From: a bacterium
GTDB taxonomy: Bacteria; Zixibacteria; MSB-5A5; WJJR01
DNA length: 64,000 bases
Reading direction: 5' to 3'
Assembly: GCA_035559435.1 (NCBI GenBank)
Contig: DATMBC010000103.1
Coordinates: forward strand, 11,693-75,692
Positions 18,612 to 28,202 of this stretch are shown here, one piece after another (position 1 is the first letter of the stretch; every line of letters starts with the position of its first letter). The position numbers were made by a program, and so were the translations under genes. Below the pieces are notes generated by a model, which did no database searches, was not told the DNA's origin, and worked only from the letters and a program-made list of their open reading frames with translations.

Positions 18612-19943
18612 ATGGGACGCAACTTCGGGAAGGCAATCATCGCGGCGCTGGTGTGTCTGACGGCGTCGGCAACCACGGTGCGGGCGGAAACGCTGACGCT
18701 CCAGCAGTGCATCGACCGGGCGCTGGCGACCAACGGCTCGGCCGCCTACGGCCTGCCGTCGGCCCGCGAAGGGTATCACCGCACCGGCCAGGGCATCTGG
18801 AGCGCCTGGGGCAATCTGTTGCCGTCGCTGTCGCACGGATACAACTACAGCTACTACAAGTTCCCCTCGACGGTGATCTTCGACCCAACGACCGGGCAGT
18901 TTGTGGAATCGCCCGGCGGTTCCTCGACCTCGTGGTCGACCAACTTCAATCTGCGGCAGACGCTCTTTGACGGCGGCGCCAATGTCTACCGGGTGGCGCA
19001 GGCCTATCACAGCCGCGCCGTCTCCTCCGAGAACCTGCGCGGCGCCGAAAACGCGCTCGTGTTGGGCGTCAAGCAGGCCTACTTCGACCTGCTGAAGGCG
19101 CAAAAACTGGTCGGCGTGCAGGAAGCCGCCGTGCGCCGCGCCGAGCAATTTCATAAGACGATCGAAAGCAAGTATGAGTTGGGGTCGGCTTCGCTCTCGG
19201 AAGTGCTCAAGGCCAAGGTGGAAGTCGGCAACGCCCAGTTGCTCCTGCTGCAGCGCAAAAACGACGTCCAGACCAACATGGCCAACCTGAATTCGATCCT
19301 CAATCGGCCGGTGGACGAGGCGCTGGAGATTGCCGACGTGCCTCTGGAAGACCCGGCGCATCCGACCTACGCCGAAGCGCTGGCGATGGCGCGCAAGGAG
19401 TCGCCGGACATGCTGGCCGCCAAAGCCAATGTCCGCGTCGCCAAAAACGAGATGGGCATCGCCCGGTCGACGTTGTTTCCGACCTTCTCATGGAGCGCCT
19501 CGCGCAACTTCACGCCGCAAAACCGCGACGATCTGCTGAAGTTCGACGGCGATTATGGCACATGGTCGGTCAACGCCTCGCTGGGGTTTACGCTTTTTGA
19601 CGCGTTCCACTGGAAGACCGCCATCTCCAACGCCAAGGTCGGACTCAAGTATGCCCGCGAAAGCGAGCAGCAGACCGCCTCGGCGGTCGATCTGGCGGTC
19701 AAGCAGGCGTATCTCGGTGTGGAGCTGGCCAACGAGAGCCGCCGACTGGCCGAGCAGACCGAGGCCTCGGCGCAGGAGGATTTCAACCTCGCCCAGGAAA
19801 AGTACAATCTCGGCGCGGCGACCATCCTCGATCTGCTCGACGCGCAGGCGTCGTTGACCGAGGCGCAAACCGCGCGGGTCAATGCGTTGTATGATCAATA
19901 TCTGGCCGTGGCGCGGCTGGAAAACGCCATCGGCCGTCGCTAA
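18612..19943 (+). CDS. TolC-like outer membrane efflux protein (OEP family)
   Basis: Signal peptide 'AIIAALVCLTASATTVRA'. Paired OEP repeats with 'LTLQQCIDRALATN', 'DLLDAQ' and 'YLAVARLENAIG'. Confidence 0.8.
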   Translation: MGRNFGKAIIAALVCLTASATTVRAETLTLQQCIDRALATNGSAAYGLPSAREGYHRTGQGIWSAWGNLLPSLSHGYNYSYYKFPSTVIFDPTTGQFVESPGGSSTSWSTNFNLRQTLFDGGANVYRVAQAYHSRAVSSENLRGAENALVLGVKQAYFDLLKAQKLVGVQEAAVRRAEQFHKTIESKYELGSASLSEVLKAKVEVGNAQLLLLQRKNDVQTNMANLNSILNRPVDEALEIADVPLEDPAHPTYAEALAMARKESPDMLAAKANVRVAKNEMGIARSTLFPTFSWSASRNFTPQNRDDLLKFDGDYGTWSVNASLGFTLFDAFHWKTAISNAKVGLKYARESEQQTASAVDLAVKQAYLGVELANESRRLAEQTEASAQEDFNLAQEKYNLGAATILDLLDAQASLTEAQTARVNALYDQYLAVARLENAIGRR

Positions 19944-19988
19944 ACGGCAATGGGACGCAGTCGCAGGACCGCGGTCGGCAGGTGAATC

Positions 19989-21320
19989 GTGGCGATCAAG
20001 AAAGGGCGCAGGAAATTCTTCATCATCGGCGGGATTGCCCTGTTGGTCATCCTGCTGATTGTGGCCAACTTCACGCGCTCCTCCGAGAAGAGTTTCAAGG
20101 TCAAGACGGCCAAAGCACAGCGGGGCCGGATCGTTTCGCTGGTCAACGCGACCGGCAAAGTCCGGCCGCGCACCGAAGTGAAAATCTCCGCCAACGTTTC
20201 CGGCGAGATCGTGCACATGCCGGTGGTGGAAGGTCAGCGGGTTGCCAAGGGCGACTTGTTGGCGCAGATCGATGCGCGCACGTATGAGGCGCAACTGCGG
20301 TCCGCGGCGGCGGGCTACGAGGCGGCCAAGGCGAATCTCGCCTACGATGAAGCCGCGGCGCGCGAGGCCGCATTGACCTACAACCGCGTCAAGGCGCTCT
20401 TCGAAAAAGGCTTGACCTCACAGCAGGAATACGACGCCGCCGAGACCCGCCACCAGACCGCCCAGGCGTCGCTGGAATCGGCCAAGGCGCGGCTCGAACA
20501 GGCCCGCGCCGCCGTCGACCAGGCGCGCGAGAGCCTCAGTTACACCAAGATCACATCACCCATTGACGGCTACATCACCAATCTTCCCACCGAGGTCGGT
20601 GAAATCGTCATGGGCTCGCTCAACTACCAGGCATCGGTCATCATGGTGATTTCCGACCTGTCGGTGATCGAAATCGAAGTGGAAGTCGACGAGACCGACA
20701 TCGCCAACGTTGAACTCAACCAGCCGGTCAAAATCGAACTCGATGCCTTCCCCGACACGGTCTTCGCCGGGCGGGTCAGCCAGATCGGCAACACCGCCCA
20801 GGTCACCGGCCTGGGAACCCAGGACCAGGTGACCAATTTTCTCGTCAAGATCCTGGTGACCGACACGGTGCCCAACATCAAGCCGGGCATGACCGCCACC
20901 TGCGACATCACCACCGACGAGCGGAGGGACGTGATCAAAGTCCCAATCGGCGCGGTGGTCCTGCGCGATGAAGAGCTGCTGAAGAAGGGCCAGAAGGCCG
21001 GCGCCGGCGACACGGGGTCGGCGGGCCCGACACCTCTGGCCGCCGCCGTCACCGACAGCGCCGCGACCGACACCGTTGGCGCCGATTCAGACGAGAAGAA
21101 AAAGCCGCTGGAGGGTGTCTTCGTTGTGCGCGACGGCCGCGCCCGCTTTGTCCGGGTCACCACCGGCATCGCCGATCAGCAGAATATCGAGATTGTGTCC
21201 GGACTGCAGCCGGGAGACGTCGTGATTGTCGGGCCGTTCCGGACGCTGCGCGAATTGGAAGACGGCAACAAGGTCGAAATCGAGCCCGAGGGCAAAAGCG
21301 GCGGTCCCAGCGAGACTTAA
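19989..21320 (+). CDS. HlyD/MacA-type periplasmic adaptor (membrane fusion protein)
   Basis: N-terminal TM, coiled-coil region ([17 protein letters not shown]..., [17 protein letters not shown]) and a beta-barrel/MP domain. Confidence 0.8.
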   Translation: MAIKKGRRKFFIIGGIALLVILLIVANFTRSSEKSFKVKTAKAQRGRIVSLVNATGKVRPRTEVKISANVSGEIVHMPVVEGQRVAKGDLLAQIDARTYEAQLRSAAAGYEAAKANLAYDEAAAREAALTYNRVKALFEKGLTSQQEYDAAETRHQTAQASLESAKARLEQARAAVDQARESLSYTKITSPIDGYITNLPTEVGEIVMGSLNYQASVIMVISDLSVIEIEVEVDETDIANVELNQPVKIELDAFPDTVFAGRVSQIGNTAQVTGLGTQDQVTNFLVKILVTDTVPNIKPGMTATCDITTDERRDVIKVPIGAVVLRDEELLKKGQKAGAGDTGSAGPTPLAAAVTDSAATDTVGADSDEKKKPLEGVFVVRDGRARFVRVTTGIADQQNIEIVSGLQPGDVVIVGPFRTLRELEDGNKVEIEPEGKSGGPSET

Positions 21321-21337
21321 TCCCAGCGGAGACTTCA

Positions 21338-22042
21338 ATGGCGGATCATGGCGATCTGATTGTGACCCAGGATTTATGGAAGACCTACGTGGTCGGCGAG
21401 GAAGAGGTTCATGCCCTTCGCGGCGTGTCGGTCAACGTGGCCCGCGGCGAGTATCTCGCCATCATGGGCCCCTCCGGCTCCGGCAAATCGACGCTGATGA
21501 ACCTAATCGGCTGTCTCGACACGCCGACGCGTGGCACGTATGAGCTCAACGGCCGCCAGGTCGCGACGATGAATGACGACGAACTGGCCTACGTCCGCAA
21601 CAAGGAGATTGGATTCGTCTTCCAGACCTTCAATCTCCTGCCGCGCGCCACCGCGCTGCACAACGTGGAACTGCCGCTCATCTACAACGGCACACCCGCC
21701 GAGCAGCGCATCGACATGGCCAAACGGGCGCTGGAGATGGTCGACCTTGCCGACCGCATGACCCACCGCCCAAATCAGTTGTCGGGCGGGCAGCGGCAAC
21801 GTGTCGCCATCGCGCGCGCCCTGGTCAACAACCCGTCGCTGATTCTGGCCGACGAGCCCACCGGCAACCTGGACACCAAGACCGGGTTGGAGATCATGAG
21901 CCTCTTCGACCGGCTGCACCGGGCCGGCAACACCATCATCCTCGTCACGCACGAGCACGATGTCGCCGCCTACGCCAACCGGATCATCCATATCCGCGAC
22001 GGCAAGGTGGAGAAAGAGGAACGGGGTCGCCGGGCCGCCTGA
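21338..22042 (+). CDS. ABC transporter ATP-binding protein (MacB/LolD type)
   Basis: Walker A 'GPSGSGKST', signature '[15 protein letters not shown]', Walker B '[11 protein letters not shown]'. Confidence 0.9.
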   Translation: MADHGDLIVTQDLWKTYVVGEEEVHALRGVSVNVARGEYLAIMGPSGSGKSTLMNLIGCLDTPTRGTYELNGRQVATMNDDELAYVRNKEIGFVFQTFNLLPRATALHNVELPLIYNGTPAEQRIDMAKRALEMVDLADRMTHRPNQLSGGQRQRVAIARALVNNPSLILADEPTGNLDTKTGLEIMSLFDRLHRAGNTIILVTHEHDVAAYANRIIHIRDGKVEKEERGRRAA

Positions 22043-22056
22043 CGCCGGGCTGAGCC

Positions 22057-23277
22057 ATGTTGCAGTTTTTCGAAAGCGCGCGCTTGGCGCTGGCCGCCAT
22101 CTGGGGCAACAAGCTGCGCTCCATCCTCACGCTGATCGGCATCATCATCGGCGTCGCCACCATCATTGCCATCGTCTCCCTGATCACCGGGATGAACCAG
22201 TATGTCGCCGCCGAGATTTCCACCCTCGGCGCGACGACGTTCATGATGGACCGCGAGGGGATCATCACCAGCGAGGACCAGTGGTGGGAGCGCTCGCGGC
22301 GCCGCAGGATCCAGTTGCAGGATGTGGCGGCCATCGCGCAGGGATGCGCGCATTGCGCCGAGGTCGGGGCGCGCAGCATCACCTCGCGCACCGCCAAGGC
22401 GGGCAACCGGCACATCGATGATGTCTGGATCATGGGCTCGACCGCCAACTTTCCCAACATCGTCGATTTCGACATCGAAAACGGCTACTACCCGACCGAA
22501 TCCGACAACGAACACCGCCGTCCTGTCGCCTTCATCGGCTACGACCTGATCGACAACCTGTTTCCCGGCGTCAACCACATCGGCCAGACGATCCGCCTGG
22601 GCGGCCGCGACTATACGGTGATCGGCAACGGCAAGCGCCGCGGCTCGACTCTCGGCCAGAGCCGGGACAACTACGTCATCATCCCGCTGTCCACCTTCCA
22701 GAAGCATTTCGGTGAACGTCGCTCGCTGGACGTCTTCGTCAAGGCCGATTCCTTCGAGTCGATGGACGACGCGCAAAACGAAGTGCGCATGATTATGCGC
22801 GCCCGCCACAAGTTGAACTACGGCGAGGACGACGACTTCGAGATCTACACCGCCGGCGACATCATGACGATGTGGGAAAACTTCTCGCGCGGCGCATTTG
22901 TGGTGATGATCGGCATCTCCTCGATCGCGCTGGTGGTCGGCGGGATCGTGATCATGAACATCATGCTGGTTTCGGTGACCGAGCGCACGCGCGAGATTGG
23001 CATCCGCAAGGCGATCGGCGCGCGGCGGGTGAACATCATGTGGCAGTTTCTCTCCGAATCGCTGACGCTGTCGGTGGTCGGCGGCACGCTCGGCATCGGG
23101 CTGGGCGCCCTGGCCGGCTGGGTCCTCTCCGGGCTCTCGGGCATGCCGATGGGCATCGAAATCTGGTCGGTGATCGCCGGCGTGCTGGTCTCCGGCGGCA
23201 TCGGCACGATCTTCGGCGTCTACCCGGCGATGAAGGCGGCGCGGCTCGATCCCATCGAGGCGTTGCGCTACGAATAA
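22057..23277 (+). CDS. ABC transporter permease, FtsX/MacB family (first of two)
   Basis: MacB_PCD-like periplasmic domain plus a C-terminal FtsX 4-TM bundle: 'VTERTREIGIRKAIGARR'. Confidence 0.85.
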   Translation: MLQFFESARLALAAIWGNKLRSILTLIGIIIGVATIIAIVSLITGMNQYVAAEISTLGATTFMMDREGIITSEDQWWERSRRRRIQLQDVAAIAQGCAHCAEVGARSITSRTAKAGNRHIDDVWIMGSTANFPNIVDFDIENGYYPTESDNEHRRPVAFIGYDLIDNLFPGVNHIGQTIRLGGRDYTVIGNGKRRGSTLGQSRDNYVIIPLSTFQKHFGERRSLDVFVKADSFESMDDAQNEVRMIMRARHKLNYGEDDDFEIYTAGDIMTMWENFSRGAFVVMIGISSIALVVGGIVIMNIMLVSVTERTREIGIRKAIGARRVNIMWQFLSESLTLSVVGGTLGIGLGALAGWVLSGLSGMPMGIEIWSVIAGVLVSGGIGTIFGVYPAMKAARLDPIEALRYE

Positions 23278-23280
23278 GCC

Positions 23281-24528
23281 ATGAAGATCACCATGTTCGA
23301 AATGCGCGAGGCGATGGCGATGGCGCTGGCCGCCATTCAGGCCAACAAATTGCGCGCGTTTCTGACGGTCCTCGGCGTCCTGATCGGCGTCAGTTCCGTC
23401 ATCGGCATGGTGTCGCTCATCACCGGGCTCAACAACTCAATGGCGCGGCAGATTGAGTCGCTGGGCTCCAACGTGATCTTCGTCTCGAAGTTCAAACCCG
23501 GAATCCGATTCGGGCCGCGCTCCTCCGAGGAGCGCAACCGCAAGGGGATTGTCTACGAGGACGCCATCGCCATCCTCGAGCATTGCCCGGCCGTCGACGC
23601 GGTTTCGCCCGAGAATCATTACTGGGCGCCGGGCGGCAACAAGGCGCGCTATGGCCAAAACGAGGCGCTGCGGCCCGATCTGGCCGGCGTCCTGCCTTCG
23701 TACATCGTGGTCAACAATATCGAAATGGCCGAAGGACGATTCTTCACCGACATCGACAATCACTTCCGGCGCATGGTCTGTGTGCTTGGTTCCTCGGTGG
23801 CCGAGGCGCTCTTCCCGGGATTGGACCCGGTCGGCAAGGAGATCCTCCTCAACAACCACCGCTATCTCGTGATCGGCGTGGCGGCCAAGCGCGAATCGTT
23901 TCTCGGTGAAGACTCCAACAACTACATTCGTATTCCCTACGCGACCTTCGCCAAGCTCTATCCCTGGGAGAAGGAGCTCTGGCTGGCCTGCCGCGCCAAG
24001 GACCCGACGCAGATGGCGGCCGCGATCGATCAGATCACCGAACTGATGCGCCGGCGCCGCGGGGTGCCCTACGATAAGCCGGAGGACTTCGCCGTCTTCA
24101 CGCAGGACTCGCTCATGGAGCAGTACCGCAGCATCACCGGGGCCATCTACATCGCGATGACGGTGATCTCTTCGATCGGCCTGATGGTGGGCGGCGTCGG
24201 GGTGATGAACATCATGCTGGTCTCGGTGACGGAGCGCACGCGGGAGATCGGCATCCGCAAGGCGATGGGGGCGCGACGCGCCAACATCGTCTGGCAGTTT
24301 TTGATCGAGGCGATGACGCTCTCCGGCGTGGGCGGGGTGATCGGCATCCTGTTCGGCATATTGATCGCTTTCCTGGTCAATGCCCTTTCGCCGCTGCCGG
24401 CGGCGGTTTCACCCTTGTGGATCATCATCGCCTTCACCGTGGCCGTGATGGTGGGGCTGGTCTTCGGCATCTACCCCGCCTACCGGGCCGCCCGCGTCGA
24501 CCCGATCGTCAGTCTCCGCTACGAATAG
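23281..24528 (+). CDS. ABC transporter permease, FtsX/MacB family (second of two)
   Basis: Same architecture as the first permease: 'VTERTREIGIRKAMGARR'. Confidence 0.85.
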   Translation: MKITMFEMREAMAMALAAIQANKLRAFLTVLGVLIGVSSVIGMVSLITGLNNSMARQIESLGSNVIFVSKFKPGIRFGPRSSEERNRKGIVYEDAIAILEHCPAVDAVSPENHYWAPGGNKARYGQNEALRPDLAGVLPSYIVVNNIEMAEGRFFTDIDNHFRRMVCVLGSSVAEALFPGLDPVGKEILLNNHRYLVIGVAAKRESFLGEDSNNYIRIPYATFAKLYPWEKELWLACRAKDPTQMAAAIDQITELMRRRRGVPYDKPEDFAVFTQDSLMEQYRSITGAIYIAMTVISSIGLMVGGVGVMNIMLVSVTERTREIGIRKAMGARRANIVWQFLIEAMTLSGVGGVIGILFGILIAFLVNALSPLPAAVSPLWIIIAFTVAVMVGLVFGIYPAYRAARVDPIVSLRYE

Positions 24529-24534
24529 GGATTG

Positions 24535-24568
24535 CGCCGGGGACGTCCGGCGTTTCCCGTTTTGGATG
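24535..24568 (+). terminator. Rho-independent terminator candidate after the efflux operon
   Basis: CGCCGG-ggacgt-CCGGCG followed by TTTCCCGTTTT. Confidence 0.4.
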
Positions 24569-24629
24569 GTGTCCGAATGGGCGCTGAAATATATTGGCCT
24601 TTGGGCTGTAATATTGAGGGGAATGGTCT

Positions 24630-26009
24630 ATGGGGGAGTCTGCGACGAAAACGGCTCGACGGGCGGCGGCCGCGCTGGCGGCCATGCTGGTTCTGACCGC
24701 GGCGCCTGTCCCGGCGCAGGTCGAGTTCTCCAATCTCCCGCCTCCGGGCGTGCCGGTCTTTGACCTGGATTGGGCCGCCTTCCGTGCCGGCAAGGACAGT
24801 CTCCGTATCGAATGCTACTACAAGATCGTCAACCCACGGCTCTCGTATGTCCGCCGCACGATGAAGACCACCGAAGCCGGGCTGGGAACCACGGCGCCCA
24901 CCGGGGACACCGCCGCAACGGCCGAGTTCTATGTCGCCGCCTATGAGATCAGCGCCATTCTCGCCTCCCACAGCGACCGCCAGGCCGCCTCGGTCAGCGA
25001 ACGCGAGAACTACGCGCTCCCGGATTTCGAGGAGACACGCAACCCGTCGGGGTATCTGGTCAACATCCTCAGCATGACCGTGGCGCCCGATGACTACGAA
25101 CTCAGCGTGACCCTGACCGACCGTGTCTCCGGCGGCTCCTACACGCGCAAGGAGAATCTGCCGTTGAACGACGCCCGCGGCGACCGCTGGCCGGTGGGCG
25201 GGCCGATGTTCTTTGATCCGACCGCCGAGGCCCCCGATCTGCCGCGCTTCAAGCACGGAGACTTGGGGCTGGTGCCCAGCGTCACCCGCGCCTTTGCCTC
25301 ATCGAAGGACCGGATTGCGATGTATTTGGAAATCTATCGCGATGTCGCCCCCGACGCGGCCTTTCTGCAGATCGAAGCCGACCAGCGCTACGGCCGTAAG
25401 ACGCAGACCGACACCATCCCGGTGATCGATACCGCGGAGCGTGTTCCGATTGTCTACCGGAGCCCGCTGACCGACTTCAAGACCGGCGAAGCCACGCTGC
25501 GCGTGCGCCTGATGAACGCGGCGGGCGAGGTCCTCGGCACGCCCCTGGAGATCCCGTTCTGGGTCGATTGGTCGATGGCCGGCATGGTCGAGGAGAACTG
25601 GGAGGAGGCGGTCAACATGCTGGTCCACATCGCCACGCATGACGAGCTGAAATCCCTGCGCAACACGCCGCCGGAGAAGCGCGTCGAGGCGTTCACCGCC
25701 TTCTGGCGCTCGAAGGATCCCAGCCCCGAGACCGACGACAACGAGTGGCAGGATGAGTACTACCGGCGCATCCGCCACGCCGATTTGCATTTCACCACCG
25801 CGTTCATGCGCGGCTGGCGCACCGACTACGGCACCGTGTACGTCAAGTACGGCGAACCCGATGAGATCGAGCGCCATCCGTTTGAGCGCGGCAGCAAACC
25901 CTATCAGATCTGGTCGTACTATGCACAGCGGCGGCGGTTCCTGTTTGTCGACGTCAACGGCAACGGCGAATACCAGCTGCAGTATCCGTACGATGGCATC
26001 ATTCGTTAA
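24630..26009 (+). CDS. Secreted GWxTD domain-containing protein (paralog 1)
   Basis: Signal peptide; C-terminal 'GWRTDYGTVYVKYGEPDEIER...YQIWSYY...FLFVDVNGNGEYQL' is the GWxTD signature. Confidence 0.8.
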   Translation: MGESATKTARRAAAALAAMLVLTAAPVPAQVEFSNLPPPGVPVFDLDWAAFRAGKDSLRIECYYKIVNPRLSYVRRTMKTTEAGLGTTAPTGDTAATAEFYVAAYEISAILASHSDRQAASVSERENYALPDFEETRNPSGYLVNILSMTVAPDDYELSVTLTDRVSGGSYTRKENLPLNDARGDRWPVGGPMFFDPTAEAPDLPRFKHGDLGLVPSVTRAFASSKDRIAMYLEIYRDVAPDAAFLQIEADQRYGRKTQTDTIPVIDTAERVPIVYRSPLTDFKTGEATLRVRLMNAAGEVLGTPLEIPFWVDWSMAGMVEENWEEAVNMLVHIATHDELKSLRNTPPEKRVEAFTAFWRSKDPSPETDDNEWQDEYYRRIRHADLHFTTAFMRGWRTDYGTVYVKYGEPDEIERHPFERGSKPYQIWSYYAQRRRFLFVDVNGNGEYQLQYPYDGIIR

Positions 26010-26015
26010 ACGTTC

Positions 26016-27428
26016 GTGGGAGTGCCGATGCGCAAGCCGATCCTGTTTGGATGCCTGATGGTCTGGGGAATCCTCCTGGCCGCCGTCCCCGCGGCCGTTG
26101 CGCATGACGCCACCGGCGATCTGCGCATGTGGTCCGATTGCGCGGTTTTCCGGATGAACCCGGGCCTGCCCAATGGCTATGTCGAGTTCTACTTTGAACT
26201 GCGCCGCGCCGACCTCGCGTTCCGCCGGCTGGATGATGCGATCCGTGCCGATGTCTTCACCTGGGTGCATGTCTCCGACTCCACCGGACAACCCGTCGAC
26301 TCGGTCGGCAGCGGTTTTGTTTCGGTCGTGTCCGACTCCAGCGAATTGAGCGACTCCAACTTCACCCACTTCTTTGCCTGCTGGCTGGAAATTCCGCCGG
26401 GGCTCTACACCGCCCGCGTGGTCGCCATCGACCTGACCGACAAGTCGTCGGCGGAAGCGGCGTATCCCTTCCGTGTCGACGATCACTCTGGCGGCGCGCT
26501 CATGCTCTCGGATGTGGAGTTCGGCTACGACATCGTGCGGATGCCGCCCGACACCGTCGAACGGCCGCTGGATGTGCTGGTCAAAAACCAGTACAAAGTC
26601 TATCCCGACTGCCGCGGGCTGGTGGGACCGTCGCGCCCGCGGCTGAACTTCTATCTGGAGGCCTACAATCTCGCGGTCGACAGCCAGGCCAGTCCGAACT
26701 ATGCCGTGGAATTCGCCATCGTTCCCACCGACGGGTCGCCGGCGCGGTCGCTGCCGCCGCAGACCCTGACCAAGCCCGGTTCCTCGGCGGTGCTGGCCAG
26801 TTCGATCAGCGTGCGCGACCTGGCGGCGGGGGTGTATCGTTTCCGCGCCAGCGTGACCGACCCCGCGACCGCGCGCACCGCCACCGTCGAGAAGCCCTTC
26901 CAGGTGGTGGCGGCGGTCGGCGATACGCTCACCGACGAGGAGATCGAGCAGTTGCGCACGATCATGGCCTACATCGCCCGCGCGGGCGAGATGGAGACCT
27001 TCGAGTCGCTCAGTCCACTGGGCAAACGGAACTTCATGGTGCAATTCTGGAAGGACCGCGACCCAACGCCCGACACGCCGATCAACGAATTCCGCGACGA
27101 GCACCTCCGGCGTCTCAACTTCGCCAACGAGCGGTTCTCGGTCGGCTTCCGCAACCGCACCGACGGTTGGCGCAGCGATCAGGGACGGGTCTACATCGTC
27201 TATGGCCCGCCCGACCAGATCGACCGCTTCCCCTTCGCCTCCGGGCGCGAGGCCGCCGAGAAGTGGAATTACGAGAGCCTGCCGGGGCAGGGCTCGGCAT
27301 ACTTTCTGTTTGTCGACGAGAATGGATATGGCGACTATCAACTGGTGACCTCGTCGGCCCGCGGCGAGAAGCGCGATCCGGTCTGGGAGCGGCGCGTCCA
27401 ATCGGGCGAATTCGAGCGGGGCCGTTGA
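26016..27428 (+). CDS. Secreted GWxTD domain-containing protein (paralog 2)
   Basis: 'DGWRSDQGRVYIVYGPPDQIDRFPF...YFLFVDENGYGDYQL' is colinear with paralog 1. Confidence 0.8.
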   Translation: MGVPMRKPILFGCLMVWGILLAAVPAAVAHDATGDLRMWSDCAVFRMNPGLPNGYVEFYFELRRADLAFRRLDDAIRADVFTWVHVSDSTGQPVDSVGSGFVSVVSDSSELSDSNFTHFFACWLEIPPGLYTARVVAIDLTDKSSAEAAYPFRVDDHSGGALMLSDVEFGYDIVRMPPDTVERPLDVLVKNQYKVYPDCRGLVGPSRPRLNFYLEAYNLAVDSQASPNYAVEFAIVPTDGSPARSLPPQTLTKPGSSAVLASSISVRDLAAGVYRFRASVTDPATARTATVEKPFQVVAAVGDTLTDEEIEQLRTIMAYIARAGEMETFESLSPLGKRNFMVQFWKDRDPTPDTPINEFRDEHLRRLNFANERFSVGFRNRTDGWRSDQGRVYIVYGPPDQIDRFPFASGREAAEKWNYESLPGQGSAYFLFVDENGYGDYQLVTSSARGEKRDPVWERRVQSGEFERGR

Positions 27429-27461
27429 CCCCGGCAGGAAAGGCCGCGACCCGCACCGCGC

Positions 27462-28202
27462 ATGATCATCGTTGAGCGCCTCAGCAAGTCCTTCCACGAC
27501 AAGAAGCGCGGACCCGTCCGCGCCGTGGATGACGTCTCCTTTCAGGTCCGCCAGGGGGAGATCTACGGTCTCCTCGGACTCAACGGCGCCGGCAAGACCA
27601 CCACCCTGCGCATGCTGGCCACCATGCTCCGACCGGACGCCGGGACCATCACGATCAACGGCCATGACGCGGTGGCGGCGCCGGCGGCGGTGCGCGCGCA
27701 GATCGGATTCCTCACCGGATCGACCGGGCTGTATTGGCGCCTCACGCCCCGCGAGATCATGGCCTACTTCGGACGGCTCTCCGGCATGGACGACTCCCTC
27801 ATTCGCGAGCGCAGCGCCGCGCTGATCGAGCGGCTCGGCCTCCACGAGTTCGTCGACCGGCGTGTCGACAAACTCTCCGCCGGGCAGAAGCAGCGCGCCT
27901 CGATCGCGCGCACGCTCATCCATGACCCGCCCGTGCTCATTCTCGACGAGCCGACCGTCGGGCTCGACGTCGTCACCTCGCGCGCGATTGTCGAATTCAT
28001 TGGCGACGCCAAGACCCGCGGCAAGTCGGTCCTGCTCTCGACGCATGTCATGCACGAGGCGGCGCGTCTGTGCGACCGCATCGGCATCATTCATGCCGGA
28101 CGGATGCGCGTCGAAGGGACGCTCGAGGAGTTCCGCCGGCGCACCGGACGCAATGATCTGGATGACATCTTTGTGAGCTTCATCGACGGGGGCTCCGCAT
28201 GA
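27462..28202 (+). CDS. ABC-2 type transporter ATP-binding protein
   Basis: 'GLLGLNGAGKTTTLRML', 'LSAGQKQRASIARTL', 'ILDEPTVGLD'. Confidence 0.9.
   Translation: MIIVERLSKSFHDKKRGPVRAVDDVSFQVRQGEIYGLLGLNGAGKTTTLRMLATMLRPDAGTITINGHDAVAAPAAVRAQIGFLTGSTGLYWRLTPREIMAYFGRLSGMDDSLIRERSAALIERLGLHEFVDRRVDKLSAGQKQRASIARTLIHDPPVLILDEPTVGLDVVTSRAIVEFIGDAKTRGKSVLLSTHVMHEAARLCDRIGIIHAGRMRVEGTLEEFRRRTGRNDLDDIFVSFIDGGSA

Noticed and set aside
25299-28094. 931-aa ORF on the minus strand
   Set aside because: It is antisense to the two GWxTD genes and the ABC-2 ATPase. It has no domain signal and is Arg/Gly/Asp/Ala-rich low-complexity. Long stop-free antisense frames are expected at about 67% GC.
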